Source: Candidatus Amesbacteria bacterium GW2011_GWC2_45_19
GTDB taxonomy: Bacteria; Patescibacteriota; Microgenomatia; CAZETR01; Amesbacteraceae
Reading direction: 5' to 3'
DNA length: 64,000 nt
Assembly (NCBI GenBank): GCA_001001555.1
Contig: LCKS01000004.1
Span: 36,130-100,129 of the forward strand
Shown here: positions 47,593 to 57,024 of the stretch, one piece after another
Layout of the letters: the number at the start of each line of letters is the position of its first letter
How positions within the stretch are numbered: the first letter of the stretch is position 1
Translations under genes and position numbers: made by a program
The notes under the pieces: generated by a model
What the model was told of the DNA's origin: nothing
Seen by the model: only the letters and a program-made list of their open reading frames with translations
Database searches by the model: none

Positions 47593-49466
47593 TTTACTAC
47601 TTCCCCTTCCTCGGCTTTTTTGGCGTCGGCTGGTTTTTCTTCCGCGGGTTTTTCTTCTGTGGGAGGTGGGGTTTGCTTATACATTTCGGCCCCTAATTTT
47701 TGCAAAGAATCCATGAGGTCTTTGGATTTGGCTTCCAGATCTTCTTTGGTGCCGGATTCGAGAATATCTTTGAGAGCTTTTACTTTATCTTCTACCTCGG
47801 TTTTAAGTTCAGCCGGGGCTTTGTCGCCGGCATCTTTGAGAGTTTTTTCGGCGGTAAAAATTAAAGAATCTGCCTGGTTTTTGGATTCGATCTTGGTTTT
47901 CTTTTCGGCGTCTTCGGCGGCGTGGGCTTCGGCTTCTTTGCGCATTCTTTCCACTTCTTTTTCATCGAGGTTTGTGGAGTTGGTAATGGAAATGTGCTGC
48001 ATTTTGCTCGTAGCTTTGTCGAGGGCTTTGACATTAAGAATACCGGAGGCGTCAATATCGAAAGTAACTTCGATCTGGGGCACGCCACGGGGGGCAGGAG
48101 GAATACCATCCAGAATAAAGCGGCCGAGAGTTTTGTTATCCGCGGCCATGGGGCGTTCGCCCTGAAGGACGTGGATTTCGACGGAGGTCTGAGAATCAGC
48201 GGCGGTGGAAAAAACTTGAGATTTAGAAGTGGGAATAGTGGTATTCCTCTCTATAAGAGGGGTCATGACCGATCCGAGAGTCTCCAGCCCCAGGGTCAAA
48301 GGGGTGACGTCCAAAAGAACTACATCTTTGACATCGCCTGTGAGAACGCCGCCCTGAATGGCGGCGCCGACGGCCACCACTTCGTCGGGATTGACAGACT
48401 TGTTAGGCTCTTTGCCAAAGAATTTCTTGACCACTTCAATAACAGCCGGCATGCGGGTCATCCCGCCGACCAGGACCACTTCGTTAATTTTAGAAGTATC
48501 GATTTTGGCGTCCTTAAGACAGGCTTTAACTGGAGCAACGGTTTTTTGAATTAGGGAATCCACTAAAGCTTCTAATTTGGCCCGGGTGAGTTTGAGATTT
48601 AAATGCAGGGGTTGGCCGTTATTCTGAGTAATATACGGCTGATTGATCTCTGTTTCCATGGCCGAAGACAGTTCGATTTTGGCTTTCTCGGCGGCGTCGC
48701 GGACGCGCTGCAGAGCTTGGGTGTCTTTTTTAAGGTCCACACCGTTATCTTTCTTGAACTCCGAAACTATCCAATCCATAATTACCTGGTCAAAATCGTC
48801 TCCCCCTAAGTGGGTGTCGCCGTTGGTGGCTTTGACTTCAAAAACGCCGTCGCCCAGTTCGAGGACGGAAATGTCAAAAGTACCGCCACCCAGATCATAG
48901 ACGGCCACGGTGTGGGCATTTTTCTTGTCCAGACCGTAAGCCAGGGCCGCGGCGGTGGGTTCATTAATTATTCTTTCGACTTTCAGGCCGGCGATTTCCC
49001 CGGCTTGCTTGGTAGCTTGGCGCTGGGAGTCATCAAAATAAGCTGGGACGGTAATCACGGCCCGGTCGACGGTGCCACCCAGGTAAGACTCGGCGTGGGC
49101 TTTCATGATTTGCAGAATCTTGGCGGAGATTTCCTGGGGAGTGTAAGTCTTACCTTCGACCTCGACGCAAGCCATATTGTCTTTGCCGGCCACGATTTTG
49201 TAGGGCACCATTTCCATGGTGCGCTTGACTTCGGGGTCGGAAAACTTGCGGCCCATCAAACGTTTGATGGAGTAGATAGTGTTTTTGGAATTTAAGATCA
49301 TCTGGCGTTTGGCGACTTCGCCCACCAGATTTTTGACCGGTTCCACAATAGAGGGGGTGGTGTTGCGGCCGGTGTCCGCAGCGGGGATAACCTTGGGAGT
49401 CCCCCCCTCCATAACGGCCACACAGCTATTAGTGGTCCCCAAATCAATTCCGATTATCTTTGACAT
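47589..49466 (-). CDS. dnaK: molecular chaperone DnaK (Hsp70)
   Basis: [22 protein letters not shown], Hsp70 signatures; 625 aa. Confidence 0.95.
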   Translation of the reverse strand: MSKIIGIDLGTTNSCVAVMEGGTPKVIPAADTGRNTTPSIVEPVKNLVGEVAKRQMILNSKNTIYSIKRLMGRKFSDPEVKRTMEMVPYKIVAGKDNMACVEVEGKTYTPQEISAKILQIMKAHAESYLGGTVDRAVITVPAYFDDSQRQATKQAGEIAGLKVERIINEPTAAALAYGLDKKNAHTVAVYDLGGGTFDISVLELGDGVFEVKATNGDTHLGGDDFDQVIMDWIVSEFKKDNGVDLKKDTQALQRVRDAAEKAKIELSSAMETEINQPYITQNNGQPLHLNLKLTRAKLEALVDSLIQKTVAPVKACLKDAKIDTSKINEVVLVGGMTRMPAVIEVVKKFFGKEPNKSVNPDEVVAVGAAIQGGVLTGDVKDVVLLDVTPLTLGLETLGSVMTPLIERNTTIPTSKSQVFSTAADSQTSVEIHVLQGERPMAADNKTLGRFILDGIPPAPRGVPQIEVTFDIDASGILNVKALDKATSKMQHISITNSTNLDEKEVERMRKEAEAHAAEDAEKKTKIESKNQADSLIFTAEKTLKDAGDKAPAELKTEVEDKVKALKDILESGTKEDLEAKSKDLMDSLQKLGAEMYKQTPPPTEEKPAEEKPADAKKAEEGEVVN

Positions 49467-49962
49467 ATGCTTTTATTTTAGCGGGTCTAATAACATAATT
49501 GTTAATTTTATAACCTTTAGTGACTATTTCTGCAATAGTATTATCGGGCTCTCCCGGCAAAGTTTCAAGACATTCGTGTATCTCGTGATTATATGAATCG
49601 CCTATTTTGGGAGAAATTTCCTGCAGACCTTCGGCTGTCAAGACGTCTCGAAATTGCTTAACGGCCATTTGCACCCCCTGATCTTGGGAGTGGATGGCGG
49701 CCAACTCCAAAACGTCTAGAGTGGGCAGAAGTTTGGCCATAATATTAGCCGTGGCGTAAGTGACAAAGTCTTTTTTGTCAGCGTCAACACGTTTAACCAG
49801 ATTATGATAATCAGCTAAGGCCCGTTTCCAGTTTTCTGTAAGGGTTTTAACCGTATCACCCTCGGCCTGCGGGCCACCCCCTCTTAAATCGAGCCTTGGG
49901 CTCGCGTCTGACGCCGTAAGAGGGGGATGGGGGGTGATATTGGGTGATTTTTTAGTCTTCAT
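49444..49962 (-). CDS. grpE: nucleotide exchange factor GrpE (N-terminal region carries in-frame palindromic element)
   Basis: [18 protein letters not shown]...; sits between hrcA and dnaK. Confidence 0.8.
   Translation of the reverse strand: MKTKKSPNITPHPPLTASDASPRLDLRGGGPQAEGDTVKTLTENWKRALADYHNLVKRVDADKKDFVTYATANIMAKLLPTLDVLELAAIHSQDQGVQMAVKQFRDVLTAEGLQEISPKIGDSYNHEIHECLETLPGEPDNTIAEIVTKGYKINNYVIRPAKIKAYVKDNRN
49854..49939. mobile_element. RPE-like nested palindromic element (TIR TATCACCC/GGGTGATA, inner hairpin CCCCCTCTTA..TAAGAGGGGG) within grpE coding sequence
   Basis: Translated as ...[27 protein letters not shown]; homologous to the infB copy at 23939. Confidence 0.55.
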
Positions 49963-49969
49963 TTTTTGA

Positions 49970-50713
49970 TTACCAGCCAGAAGTCATTCCAGAAACCAGT
50001 TCAGAGAAATAACGCAAGGTGGGCAAAACGACGGGAAAATTGAGACGGCAGGGACCGATGAGTCCCAAAATGCCCCGACGGCCGGAGCCGGCAGCAAAAG
50101 GCGTAAAAGCAAAACCGACCGGCTCGAAATAATCTCCCCAACCCAGATCCTGCCCAAAAACGATATGCACTGTTTCGGCGGGGTCATATTGGCGGTCAAA
50201 AAACAGCTGGCGGATGCGAGTTTCCTGATCTAAAAGAGTCAGCACGGTGCGGGTCACGTCAATATCGTAAAACTCGGGAGTAGAAAGAATGTTGGCTGTC
50301 CCGGCATAATACACATCGCCGGCGTCGGTGACGGCTACGGACAGATTTTTGGTGCGGTCAGCCAGGGCCAAGGTGGTATGGCGCATCAGGCGGTCAAAAT
50401 CGAAACGGGAGTCCCAAACTTTTTCTTTGGCGGCCACTTCCTCCGTCACAGACATCTTTTTCTCTTGCATGAGGTGGCCGATGTAAAAGCGCAGAGCTTC
50501 CGGGGTAGGCACCCGGCCGGCAGAGGTATGGAGTTGTTTTAACAGACCCACCTCGGTCAGAGCGGCCATTTCGTTACGAATGGTGGCCGGGGAAACACCT
50601 AGGGAATATTTACGGTCCAGAACTTCGCTGCCTACCGCTTCGGCGGTGTTGATATATTCCTCGATCAGACATTTAAGGATCCGGATCTGGCGGGTAGTAA
50701 GGTTGGTGTCCAT
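49970..50713 (-). CDS. hrcA: heat-inducible transcription repressor HrcA
   Basis: N-terminal wHTH TTRQIRILKCLIEEY; 247 aa; upstream of grpE-dnaK. Confidence 0.85.
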   Translation of the reverse strand: MDTNLTTRQIRILKCLIEEYINTAEAVGSEVLDRKYSLGVSPATIRNEMAALTEVGLLKQLHTSAGRVPTPEALRFYIGHLMQEKKMSVTEEVAAKEKVWDSRFDFDRLMRHTTLALADRTKNLSVAVTDAGDVYYAGTANILSTPEFYDIDVTRTVLTLLDQETRIRQLFFDRQYDPAETVHIVFGQDLGWGDYFEPVGFAFTPFAAGSGRRGILGLIGPCRLNFPVVLPTLRYFSELVSGMTSGW

Positions 50714-50715
50714 AT

Positions 50716-50742
50716 TGTCACTCTTATATCAAGAGTGCTAAC
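50716..50742. promoter_or_regulatory. CIRCE operator (TTGTCACTC-N9-GAGTGCTAA)
   Basis: 16/18 match to TTAGCACTC-N9-GAGTGCTAA; lies between the divergent hrcA and glycoside hydrolase genes. Confidence 0.6.
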
Positions 50743-50776
50743 GATTGTCAAGGGGAGAATCTCGGAGTAGAATCAA

Positions 50777-52102
50777 ATGATGAAGAGGGACCAGATAATT
50801 TCATTGGGGGGGGTGGTGATACTGGCGCTGGCGCTGCCGCTGCTGCTGAAGGGAGTGAATTATGTGCAGAAATTAATGGTGGGGGCGGAGGGAAGATTGG
50901 CAGCCATTACGGTGGAAACGGATCGCGTTTTAGGACCTATGCCTCAACCCTGGCGGGCGCTAGCCCAAGGCGGAGAGGATCTGTTGGGTTTTATGGACCA
51001 GGTTGGAGGACAAGTGGCGGGAGTCAAGACCCAGTATGTGCGGATAGATCATATATATGACGGCTTCAACGTGGTGGGGAACGGTTTAACCTTCAACTGG
51101 ACAGGGCTGGACCGGGTGGTAGATAAAATACGGGCGGCCGGAGCCACGCCATTTTTGTCCTTGTCTTACATGCCCCTGGCCATCTCCAAAGGAGATATTT
51201 TGGATGAGCCGCGAGATTGGAACGAGTGGTCGTTAGTAGTCCGGAAAACGATTGAACACTTTAGCGGAGAAAAAAATATCCCGGGAGTGTACTACGAAGT
51301 CTGGAATGAGCCGGATCTATTTGGTAAATGGACCATGGGAGGAAATAAGGATTATAAAAAATTATATTTGTATGCCTCCAGAGGAGCACAGGCGGCCCGG
51401 GTGTCCCAATCTTTTAAATTCGGAGGACCGGCCACAACGGGACTATATAAAAATTGGATGGACCGTTTCTTTCCGTTTATTTTGGAAAACCGTTTAAGAC
51501 TGGATTTCTTCTCCTGGCATAGGTATGACGCAGATTTGGCTAAATACAGCCAGGATGTGGCCTTTGTAAACCGGTGGATAGAAAGCCACCCGTATTTTGC
51601 AAATGTGGAAAAAGTGATTTCAGAAATGGGGCCGGATAGTGAAAAAGGCGGGCAAAATGATACCCGGGCGGGGGCGGCCCATTTGCTGGCGGTAATGCGG
51701 GAGTTACTGTACCAAATAAAATACGTGTTTACATTTTCAGTAACGGGACAGTGGGGAGTGGTGGGCAAGCCCAGGTATGAAGCCTTGAGACTGCTGTCTA
51801 ATTTGGGAGATCAAAGACTGGCGGTGACCGGAGACGGGACCTGGGTGCGGGCGTTTGGAGCCAAAAAAGGCGACGCGTATCAGGTGCTAGTGGTGAATTA
51901 CGATCCCAAAGGCAGACATTCGGAAGTGGTGCCGGTGACGTTTGTAAATTTATCAAGTGAAAATTTTTTGCTGCGGCAGATAACCATGGGCGGAGGAACT
52001 ATTCAATCCGAAGTAGCCACTACAGAAGCTATACTCCAGCGAGAAATACCTATGACTCCAAATAGCGCGGTACTACTCGAACTCACACCCAAATCCCAAT
52101 AA
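50777..52102 (+). CDS. membrane-anchored glycoside hydrolase, clan GH-A (GH39/GH5-like)
   Basis: N-terminal TM; YYEVWNEPD catalytic acid motif. Confidence 0.55.
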   Translation: MMKRDQIISLGGVVILALALPLLLKGVNYVQKLMVGAEGRLAAITVETDRVLGPMPQPWRALAQGGEDLLGFMDQVGGQVAGVKTQYVRIDHIYDGFNVVGNGLTFNWTGLDRVVDKIRAAGATPFLSLSYMPLAISKGDILDEPRDWNEWSLVVRKTIEHFSGEKNIPGVYYEVWNEPDLFGKWTMGGNKDYKKLYLYASRGAQAARVSQSFKFGGPATTGLYKNWMDRFFPFILENRLRLDFFSWHRYDADLAKYSQDVAFVNRWIESHPYFANVEKVISEMGPDSEKGGQNDTRAGAAHLLAVMRELLYQIKYVFTFSVTGQWGVVGKPRYEALRLLSNLGDQRLAVTGDGTWVRAFGAKKGDAYQVLVVNYDPKGRHSEVVPVTFVNLSSENFLLRQITMGGGTIQSEVATTEAILQREIPMTPNSAVLLELTPKSQ

Positions 52103-52112
52103 ATTTGTGTTC

Positions 52113-53318
52113 TTAAATTTGAAATCCATATATTACTTTTTTTAATTTTTTGTCGGCTTTGTCCAAACTCACCACCCGGCAATTGGTTATTCCCAGCTTT
52201 AACGCCGTTCTTTCCAATTTCTGCACGTCAAATCCTCCCCCCGCCGTTTTTACCTCATAAGCTGTTCTGCCTTCCACTATAAAATCAATCTCCGCTCCGC
52301 TTTTTAGCTGGTAATACCCTATGTTTTCTTTCATGTTCCCCAATTTCCCTCCGTAAACCAATCGGATAAACAACTGGTTAAATACCTTATTTTCAAACAA
52401 TTGTCCTCGCGACACTTGAGCCACTCTGTTCAATATCCCCGTGTCTCCAAAATAGATCTTGGGTAAATGCTTAACCTGCACGTCCCGGGAACCAGATATC
52501 GGCCTTAAGTAATGAATCAAGTATGTCTGTTCAAAAAAATCTAAATAGCCCGATACGGTCTGACGGGACACACCCAAACTTTCGGCCAACTTACCTATTT
52601 CCGGCTTTGATCCCACTCGGGAAGACAATAAAAACAACAAATCTTTCAGGTTTTGATTATCCCGAAAGTTGGCCAGCGCTTGCACATCCAGCTTAAAATA
52701 TGATCCCAATATATCATCCAGCCGCAATAACTTCTCTTCCGCCGACTGGGCCAACACTACCCCCGGAAACCCCCCATATGTCAAATATTCCTCATATAGT
52801 GCCGACAGCCACTCATACCCCGCGTCCGGTCTGACCTGCGTTTCTTTAAACCATAAGAACTCTGCAAAATCTAATGGATATAACTCAAACAGGAACTTCC
52901 TCCCCGCCAGGCTTTCCGAAAACCAGTTTTTTAAATAAAAACTGCTTGATCCGGTCAGGTAAAATTTAATATTGTTATGGTCATAAAGATACTTTACTGC
53001 CGACGGCAGATTACGCACGTTCTGAATTTCATCCAAAAACACATACGCCCTCCGGCTATAATCAATCCCCAACCTGCCTAAATACGCCTTGATATTGTCA
53101 TAGTTATCATCGGCAAACACTCTTTGATTCACCGGACTTTCCATATCCAAAAAAATCTTGTTTTTGGTGGCTACACCCTCGTAAATATGTTTTAACAATT
53201 CCGTCTTCCCCACTCGCCTGAATCCAGTTACCACTATCGCTTCTTGGGCATCTGCATGCCTGGCTAAAATATCTAAAATCTTGCGCTTTTGGAACATATC
53301 TGGCATAGAGCTTAACAA
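52113..53318 (-). CDS. AAA family ATPase (AAA_14 + DUF4143)
   Basis: VTGFRRVGKTELL Walker A, FLDEIQ Walker B; 401 aa. Confidence 0.7.
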   Translation of the reverse strand: MLSSMPDMFQKRKILDILARHADAQEAIVVTGFRRVGKTELLKHIYEGVATKNKIFLDMESPVNQRVFADDNYDNIKAYLGRLGIDYSRRAYVFLDEIQNVRNLPSAVKYLYDHNNIKFYLTGSSSFYLKNWFSESLAGRKFLFELYPLDFAEFLWFKETQVRPDAGYEWLSALYEEYLTYGGFPGVVLAQSAEEKLLRLDDILGSYFKLDVQALANFRDNQNLKDLLFLLSSRVGSKPEIGKLAESLGVSRQTVSGYLDFFEQTYLIHYLRPISGSRDVQVKHLPKIYFGDTGILNRVAQVSRGQLFENKVFNQLFIRLVYGGKLGNMKENIGYYQLKSGAEIDFIVEGRTAYEVKTAGGGFDVQKLERTALKLGITNCRVVSLDKADKKLKKVIYGFQI

Positions 53319-53347
53319 AAAGCATGCTTTTTGTCAAGTAATTGCGG

Positions 53348-55111
53348 TCAATTTACTTTCAAAATCGACAGGAAGGCTTCCTGAGGGAGGTCGATTTTAC
53401 CCACACGTTTCATGCGGGCTTTGCCTTTTTTTTGTTTTTTGAGGAGCTTGTCCTTGCGGGTTTGGTCTCCCCCGGAAAGTTTGGCGATGACGTCTTTGCG
53501 GTAGGCTTTGACGTCGGCCCGGGCCAGAATACGACTGCCGATGGCGGCCTGGATGGGCACCTCAAAGTTTTGCCTAGGAATAATATTTTGCAGGGTATCG
53601 ACTAAACTTTTAGCCAAATACCGGGCTTGGGCGCTGGGGATGATTTGAGACAGGGCCTCTATTTTTTCGCCGGCGACGAGAACGTCTAGTTTAGCCAGAT
53701 CTGCTGCCTGATAACCAGCCAGTTCATAATCCAGAGTGGCAAAGCCCTGGGAAACGCTTTTGAGAGAATCGTAAAAGCCGCGGATCAGCCCGGCCAGGGG
53801 CAGAGAGTAGGACAACTGGACTAAACGAGCCAGGTATTGAATATGGGTTTGAGTACCGCGATGATTCTGGCACAGCCGGATGACCGGACCGATGTATTCT
53901 TGAGGAACAAAAATTGAGAGATTTAACATAGGTTCGCGAATTTCTTTGATGATTGACGGGTCGGGGAAGGCGGAGGCCTGGTTGATAGTTATTAGTTCAT
54001 GGTTCATGGTTAGTATTTGATAGGAAACCGAGGGGGCAGCGGCGATAACATCCAGACTAAACTCACGCTCCAGTCTTTCCTGGACGATGTCGGCGTGAAG
54101 CAGGCCCAAAAAGCCGACGCGAAAACCGTTACCCAGGGCCGGAGAAAATTCCGGAGTAAAAGTGAAAGCTGAATCGGATAGCTGAAGTTTGTCCAGAGCG
54201 CCGCGCAGGATATTTATTTCGGATCCCTCGGTGGGGTAAAAACTGATGAAAACCACGGGTTTTATTAGTTTGTAGCCAGGGAGTGAAACAGCGTTTAAAG
54301 AAGATGAAAGCGTGTCGCCAACAGTAAGAAGAGATAGATCTTTAAGGTTGGTGACAACGTAACCCACCTCTCCGGCTGATAACTTGGGAGAGGGGGTACG
54401 CTGGGGGGTAAAATAACCAACCTCAATAGCTGTGGTTGGGGCGCGGGTGCCTAGCAAAAAGAGTTTGTCGTGTGCTCTAATTTCGCCATCGACAAGCCTG
54501 ACCCAGGCAACCACTCCTAAGTGGGGGTCGAAATTACTATTGAATACCAAGGCCCGGGTGGGCCCGCCTTCGCTAGAGCTACGGCGAGGCGAGGGAATAC
54601 GATGGATGATAGTAGTGAGGAGTTCGGGGACGCCGGCGCCGGTTTTGGCCGAGACCAGTAATGGAGATTCCAAATTTAATATTTCTTTAAGCTGTTTTTC
54701 AGCGCCGGCGATATCCGCGGTAGTAATATCGATTTTATTAATGACGGGGATAATGGTTAGGCCTAACTTTTTGGCTTGGTGATAGTGGGCCAGGGTTTGG
54801 GCCTGAACGCCCTGGGTAGCGTCGACAAGTAAAATCGCTCCTTCGCATGCGGCCAGGGAGCGGCTGACTTCGTAGGAAAAATCTACATGACCCGGGGTAT
54901 CTATCAGGTTCAGAATATAATTCTGGTACTCCATCCGCACCGGTGCCAATTTAATCGTGATCCCCCGCTCTCTTTCGATAGGGTTGCTGTCTAAAAGTTG
55001 GGCCCGCATTTGCCGCTTGGGGACAGTGCCGGTGATTTCCAGCAACCGGTCGGCCAAGGTAGATTTACCATGGTCAACATGAGCAATAATGGCAAAATTG
55101 TGGATATTCAT
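53348..55111 (-). CDS. lepA: elongation factor 4 (LepA)
   Basis: Start at MNIHNFAIIAHVDHGKSTLADRLL (the track N-extension is probably spurious); its ATG overlaps the murJ stop. Confidence 0.85.
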   Translation of the reverse strand: MNIHNFAIIAHVDHGKSTLADRLLEITGTVPKRQMRAQLLDSNPIERERGITIKLAPVRMEYQNYILNLIDTPGHVDFSYEVSRSLAACEGAILLVDATQGVQAQTLAHYHQAKKLGLTIIPVINKIDITTADIAGAEKQLKEILNLESPLLVSAKTGAGVPELLTTIIHRIPSPRRSSSEGGPTRALVFNSNFDPHLGVVAWVRLVDGEIRAHDKLFLLGTRAPTTAIEVGYFTPQRTPSPKLSAGEVGYVVTNLKDLSLLTVGDTLSSSLNAVSLPGYKLIKPVVFISFYPTEGSEINILRGALDKLQLSDSAFTFTPEFSPALGNGFRVGFLGLLHADIVQERLEREFSLDVIAAAPSVSYQILTMNHELITINQASAFPDPSIIKEIREPMLNLSIFVPQEYIGPVIRLCQNHRGTQTHIQYLARLVQLSYSLPLAGLIRGFYDSLKSVSQGFATLDYELAGYQAADLAKLDVLVAGEKIEALSQIIPSAQARYLAKSLVDTLQNIIPRQNFEVPIQAAIGSRILARADVKAYRKDVIAKLSGGDQTRKDKLLKKQKKGKARMKRVGKIDLPQEAFLSILKVN

Positions 55112-56751
55112 TAATTTTGGTCCGGGGCGGGGAGAATGACGGGCTCGGAAGGCGTGGGGGCAAGAATGTTTCTCCATTTGGTAATTCGTTTAATTAAATC
55201 GACGAAAGTGGCCAGTTCTTGAATTTTGAAAACTACCGAGAGAAAGAAATAGACGGACAAACCAATGAGAGTAGTAATTCCGGTCAATAAAAGCAGGGGG
55301 AGAGTCCGGGTAGTATCGAAAACAAACTCGTCCAGAAGGCGCATGGGCAGCCACAAGAAGAGGCCGGTGATGAGGCTGGTAAGAATCATTTTGGCCAGAG
55401 GGACAAAAACCTTATGGGGAGCGACAGAGACGCGGCGGTATAGCAGCCAGGACAGGACTAGGGTTTCTAGGATGGCGGTAGCGGAAATGGCCACCGCGAT
55501 GCCTAAGATTCCCCACCCCAACCAAGTAACGGAGAAAACTGCCAGCAAAGAACTAAAAATGGCGGCCAAGAAGCCCACTAAAAGCGGAGTGCGGGTGTCG
55601 TGTAAAGCGTAAAAACCGCGGATGACTAATTGCATTACCGCGTAGAACGCTGCTGAAGCACAAAGAATGGCCAGGGTTTTGCCGGTTAAAAGAGTAGCGG
55701 CCCAAGGAAAGGTTTTGGCCCCAAAAATAAGACGCACGATGGGAATTCTCAAGATGATAAACAGGGTGCTCAGAGGAAGAGCCATGAAAGCAATTTGTAA
55801 AAATGAGGAGATGAGGGTGCTACGAAATTGATCTAGGTTGGAATGGGCAGCTTCTTTGGCCAGTTGGGGAAAAGCGGCCTGACTGATGGTCACCCCAAAA
55901 AGAGAAGTGGGGATAGTAAAAAGGAGACGGGCGGCATTAAGGAGAGATAAAGAGCCGGGAACCAAAAGCGAGGCTAGAGTAACGGCCACGAACTGTTCTA
56001 TTTGATCAATGCCCAGGGCCAAGACCCGGGGAGGCATGAGCCGGCCTACTTCCCGAACCCCGGGGTGAGAAAAATTCAAGGACAAAGAGGGACGAAAACC
56101 CAAACGCCAGGCCAACGGCAGTTGGATGAGCATGTGCAAAACCGCCCCCAGGACGACTCCCCAAGCCGGTCCGAGAATGCCCAAGGTGGGGGAGAGAAAG
56201 ACGATACCGGCGATAATACCCAGGTTATAGGCCACCGGAGCCAGGGCGGGAATAAGAAAACGCTGGTGAGACTGGATGATGCCGGTCAAAAATCCGGAAA
56301 TGGAAAAGAAAATTTGAGCCACTAACATGATCCGCAGCAACTGAACCATAGTGCCGATTTGGAAAGCGGTAAATCCGGGGGCAATCAGGCGGGAGAGCGG
56401 GTAGGCAAAGACAAAAATCAAAGCCGAGAGAAGCATAAAAATCAGAATAATCAGGTTCATGGTGGTCGAGGTCATGGTCCAGGCTTCTTTTTCATCCTTG
56501 GCCAGATATTTACTAAAGGTGGGGATGAAAGCCGCAGAAAGAGAGCCGATGACCAGAAGTTGAAAAATAGTATCAGGGATAACAAAGGCGGCGTAATACA
56601 CATCCAGCAACTGGGATTGGGCGCTAAAGAAAGAAGAGATAAGCAGGCGGGTTTTGACCAGACCGATGAGGTGGGACAAGCCATAAGTGGCCATAATGAT
56701 AAAAGCGGCGGAGAGAATATGGCTCTGGCGCCGGAAGAAAATATCCCGCAT
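55111..56751 (-). CDS. murJ: lipid II flippase MurJ/MviN
   Basis: 546 aa, about 14 TM segments, MviN-like N-terminus. Confidence 0.75.
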   Translation of the reverse strand: MRDIFFRRQSHILSAAFIIMATYGLSHLIGLVKTRLLISSFFSAQSQLLDVYYAAFVIPDTIFQLLVIGSLSAAFIPTFSKYLAKDEKEAWTMTSTTMNLIILIFMLLSALIFVFAYPLSRLIAPGFTAFQIGTMVQLLRIMLVAQIFFSISGFLTGIIQSHQRFLIPALAPVAYNLGIIAGIVFLSPTLGILGPAWGVVLGAVLHMLIQLPLAWRLGFRPSLSLNFSHPGVREVGRLMPPRVLALGIDQIEQFVAVTLASLLVPGSLSLLNAARLLFTIPTSLFGVTISQAAFPQLAKEAAHSNLDQFRSTLISSFLQIAFMALPLSTLFIILRIPIVRLIFGAKTFPWAATLLTGKTLAILCASAAFYAVMQLVIRGFYALHDTRTPLLVGFLAAIFSSLLAVFSVTWLGWGILGIAVAISATAILETLVLSWLLYRRVSVAPHKVFVPLAKMILTSLITGLFLWLPMRLLDEFVFDTTRTLPLLLLTGITTLIGLSVYFFLSVVFKIQELATFVDLIKRITKWRNILAPTPSEPVILPAPDQN

Positions 56752-56763
56752 GTGTGATATTAT

Positions 56764-57012
56764 ATGGCGGATATGCCAGTAACTCTAGGCGCAATCAGAA
56801 AGCTCCGGACTGATAAGGGCAGGACCGGGATTAATGCCGTGGTAAAGCGGATATTTAGAGAAGTAGTATCAAAGATGCGTAAACACCCGACGGCGAAGAA
56901 CCTGGTGGAGGTCTATAAAAGGCTGGACCGGGCCGCCAAATCCCAGGTCATCCACAGAAACAAGGCCGATAGGTTAAAATCCAGGCTCTCGCGTTTGCTG
57001 CGGAAAAAATAG
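56764..57012 (+). CDS. rpsT: 30S ribosomal protein S20
   Basis: AIRKLRTDKGRTGINAVVKRIFRE... Confidence 0.8.
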   Translation: MADMPVTLGAIRKLRTDKGRTGINAVVKRIFREVVSKMRKHPTAKNLVEVYKRLDRAAKSQVIHRNKADRLKSRLSRLLRKK

Positions 57013-57024
57013 TATACTACAGAC

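Noticed and set aside
53348-55177. 22-residue N-terminal extension of LepA in the track (MEKHSCPHAFRARHSPRPGPKL)
   Set aside because: LepA universally starts at the MxxIRNFxIIAHIDHGKST block, and the internal Met gives a 1-nt stop/start overlap with murJ.
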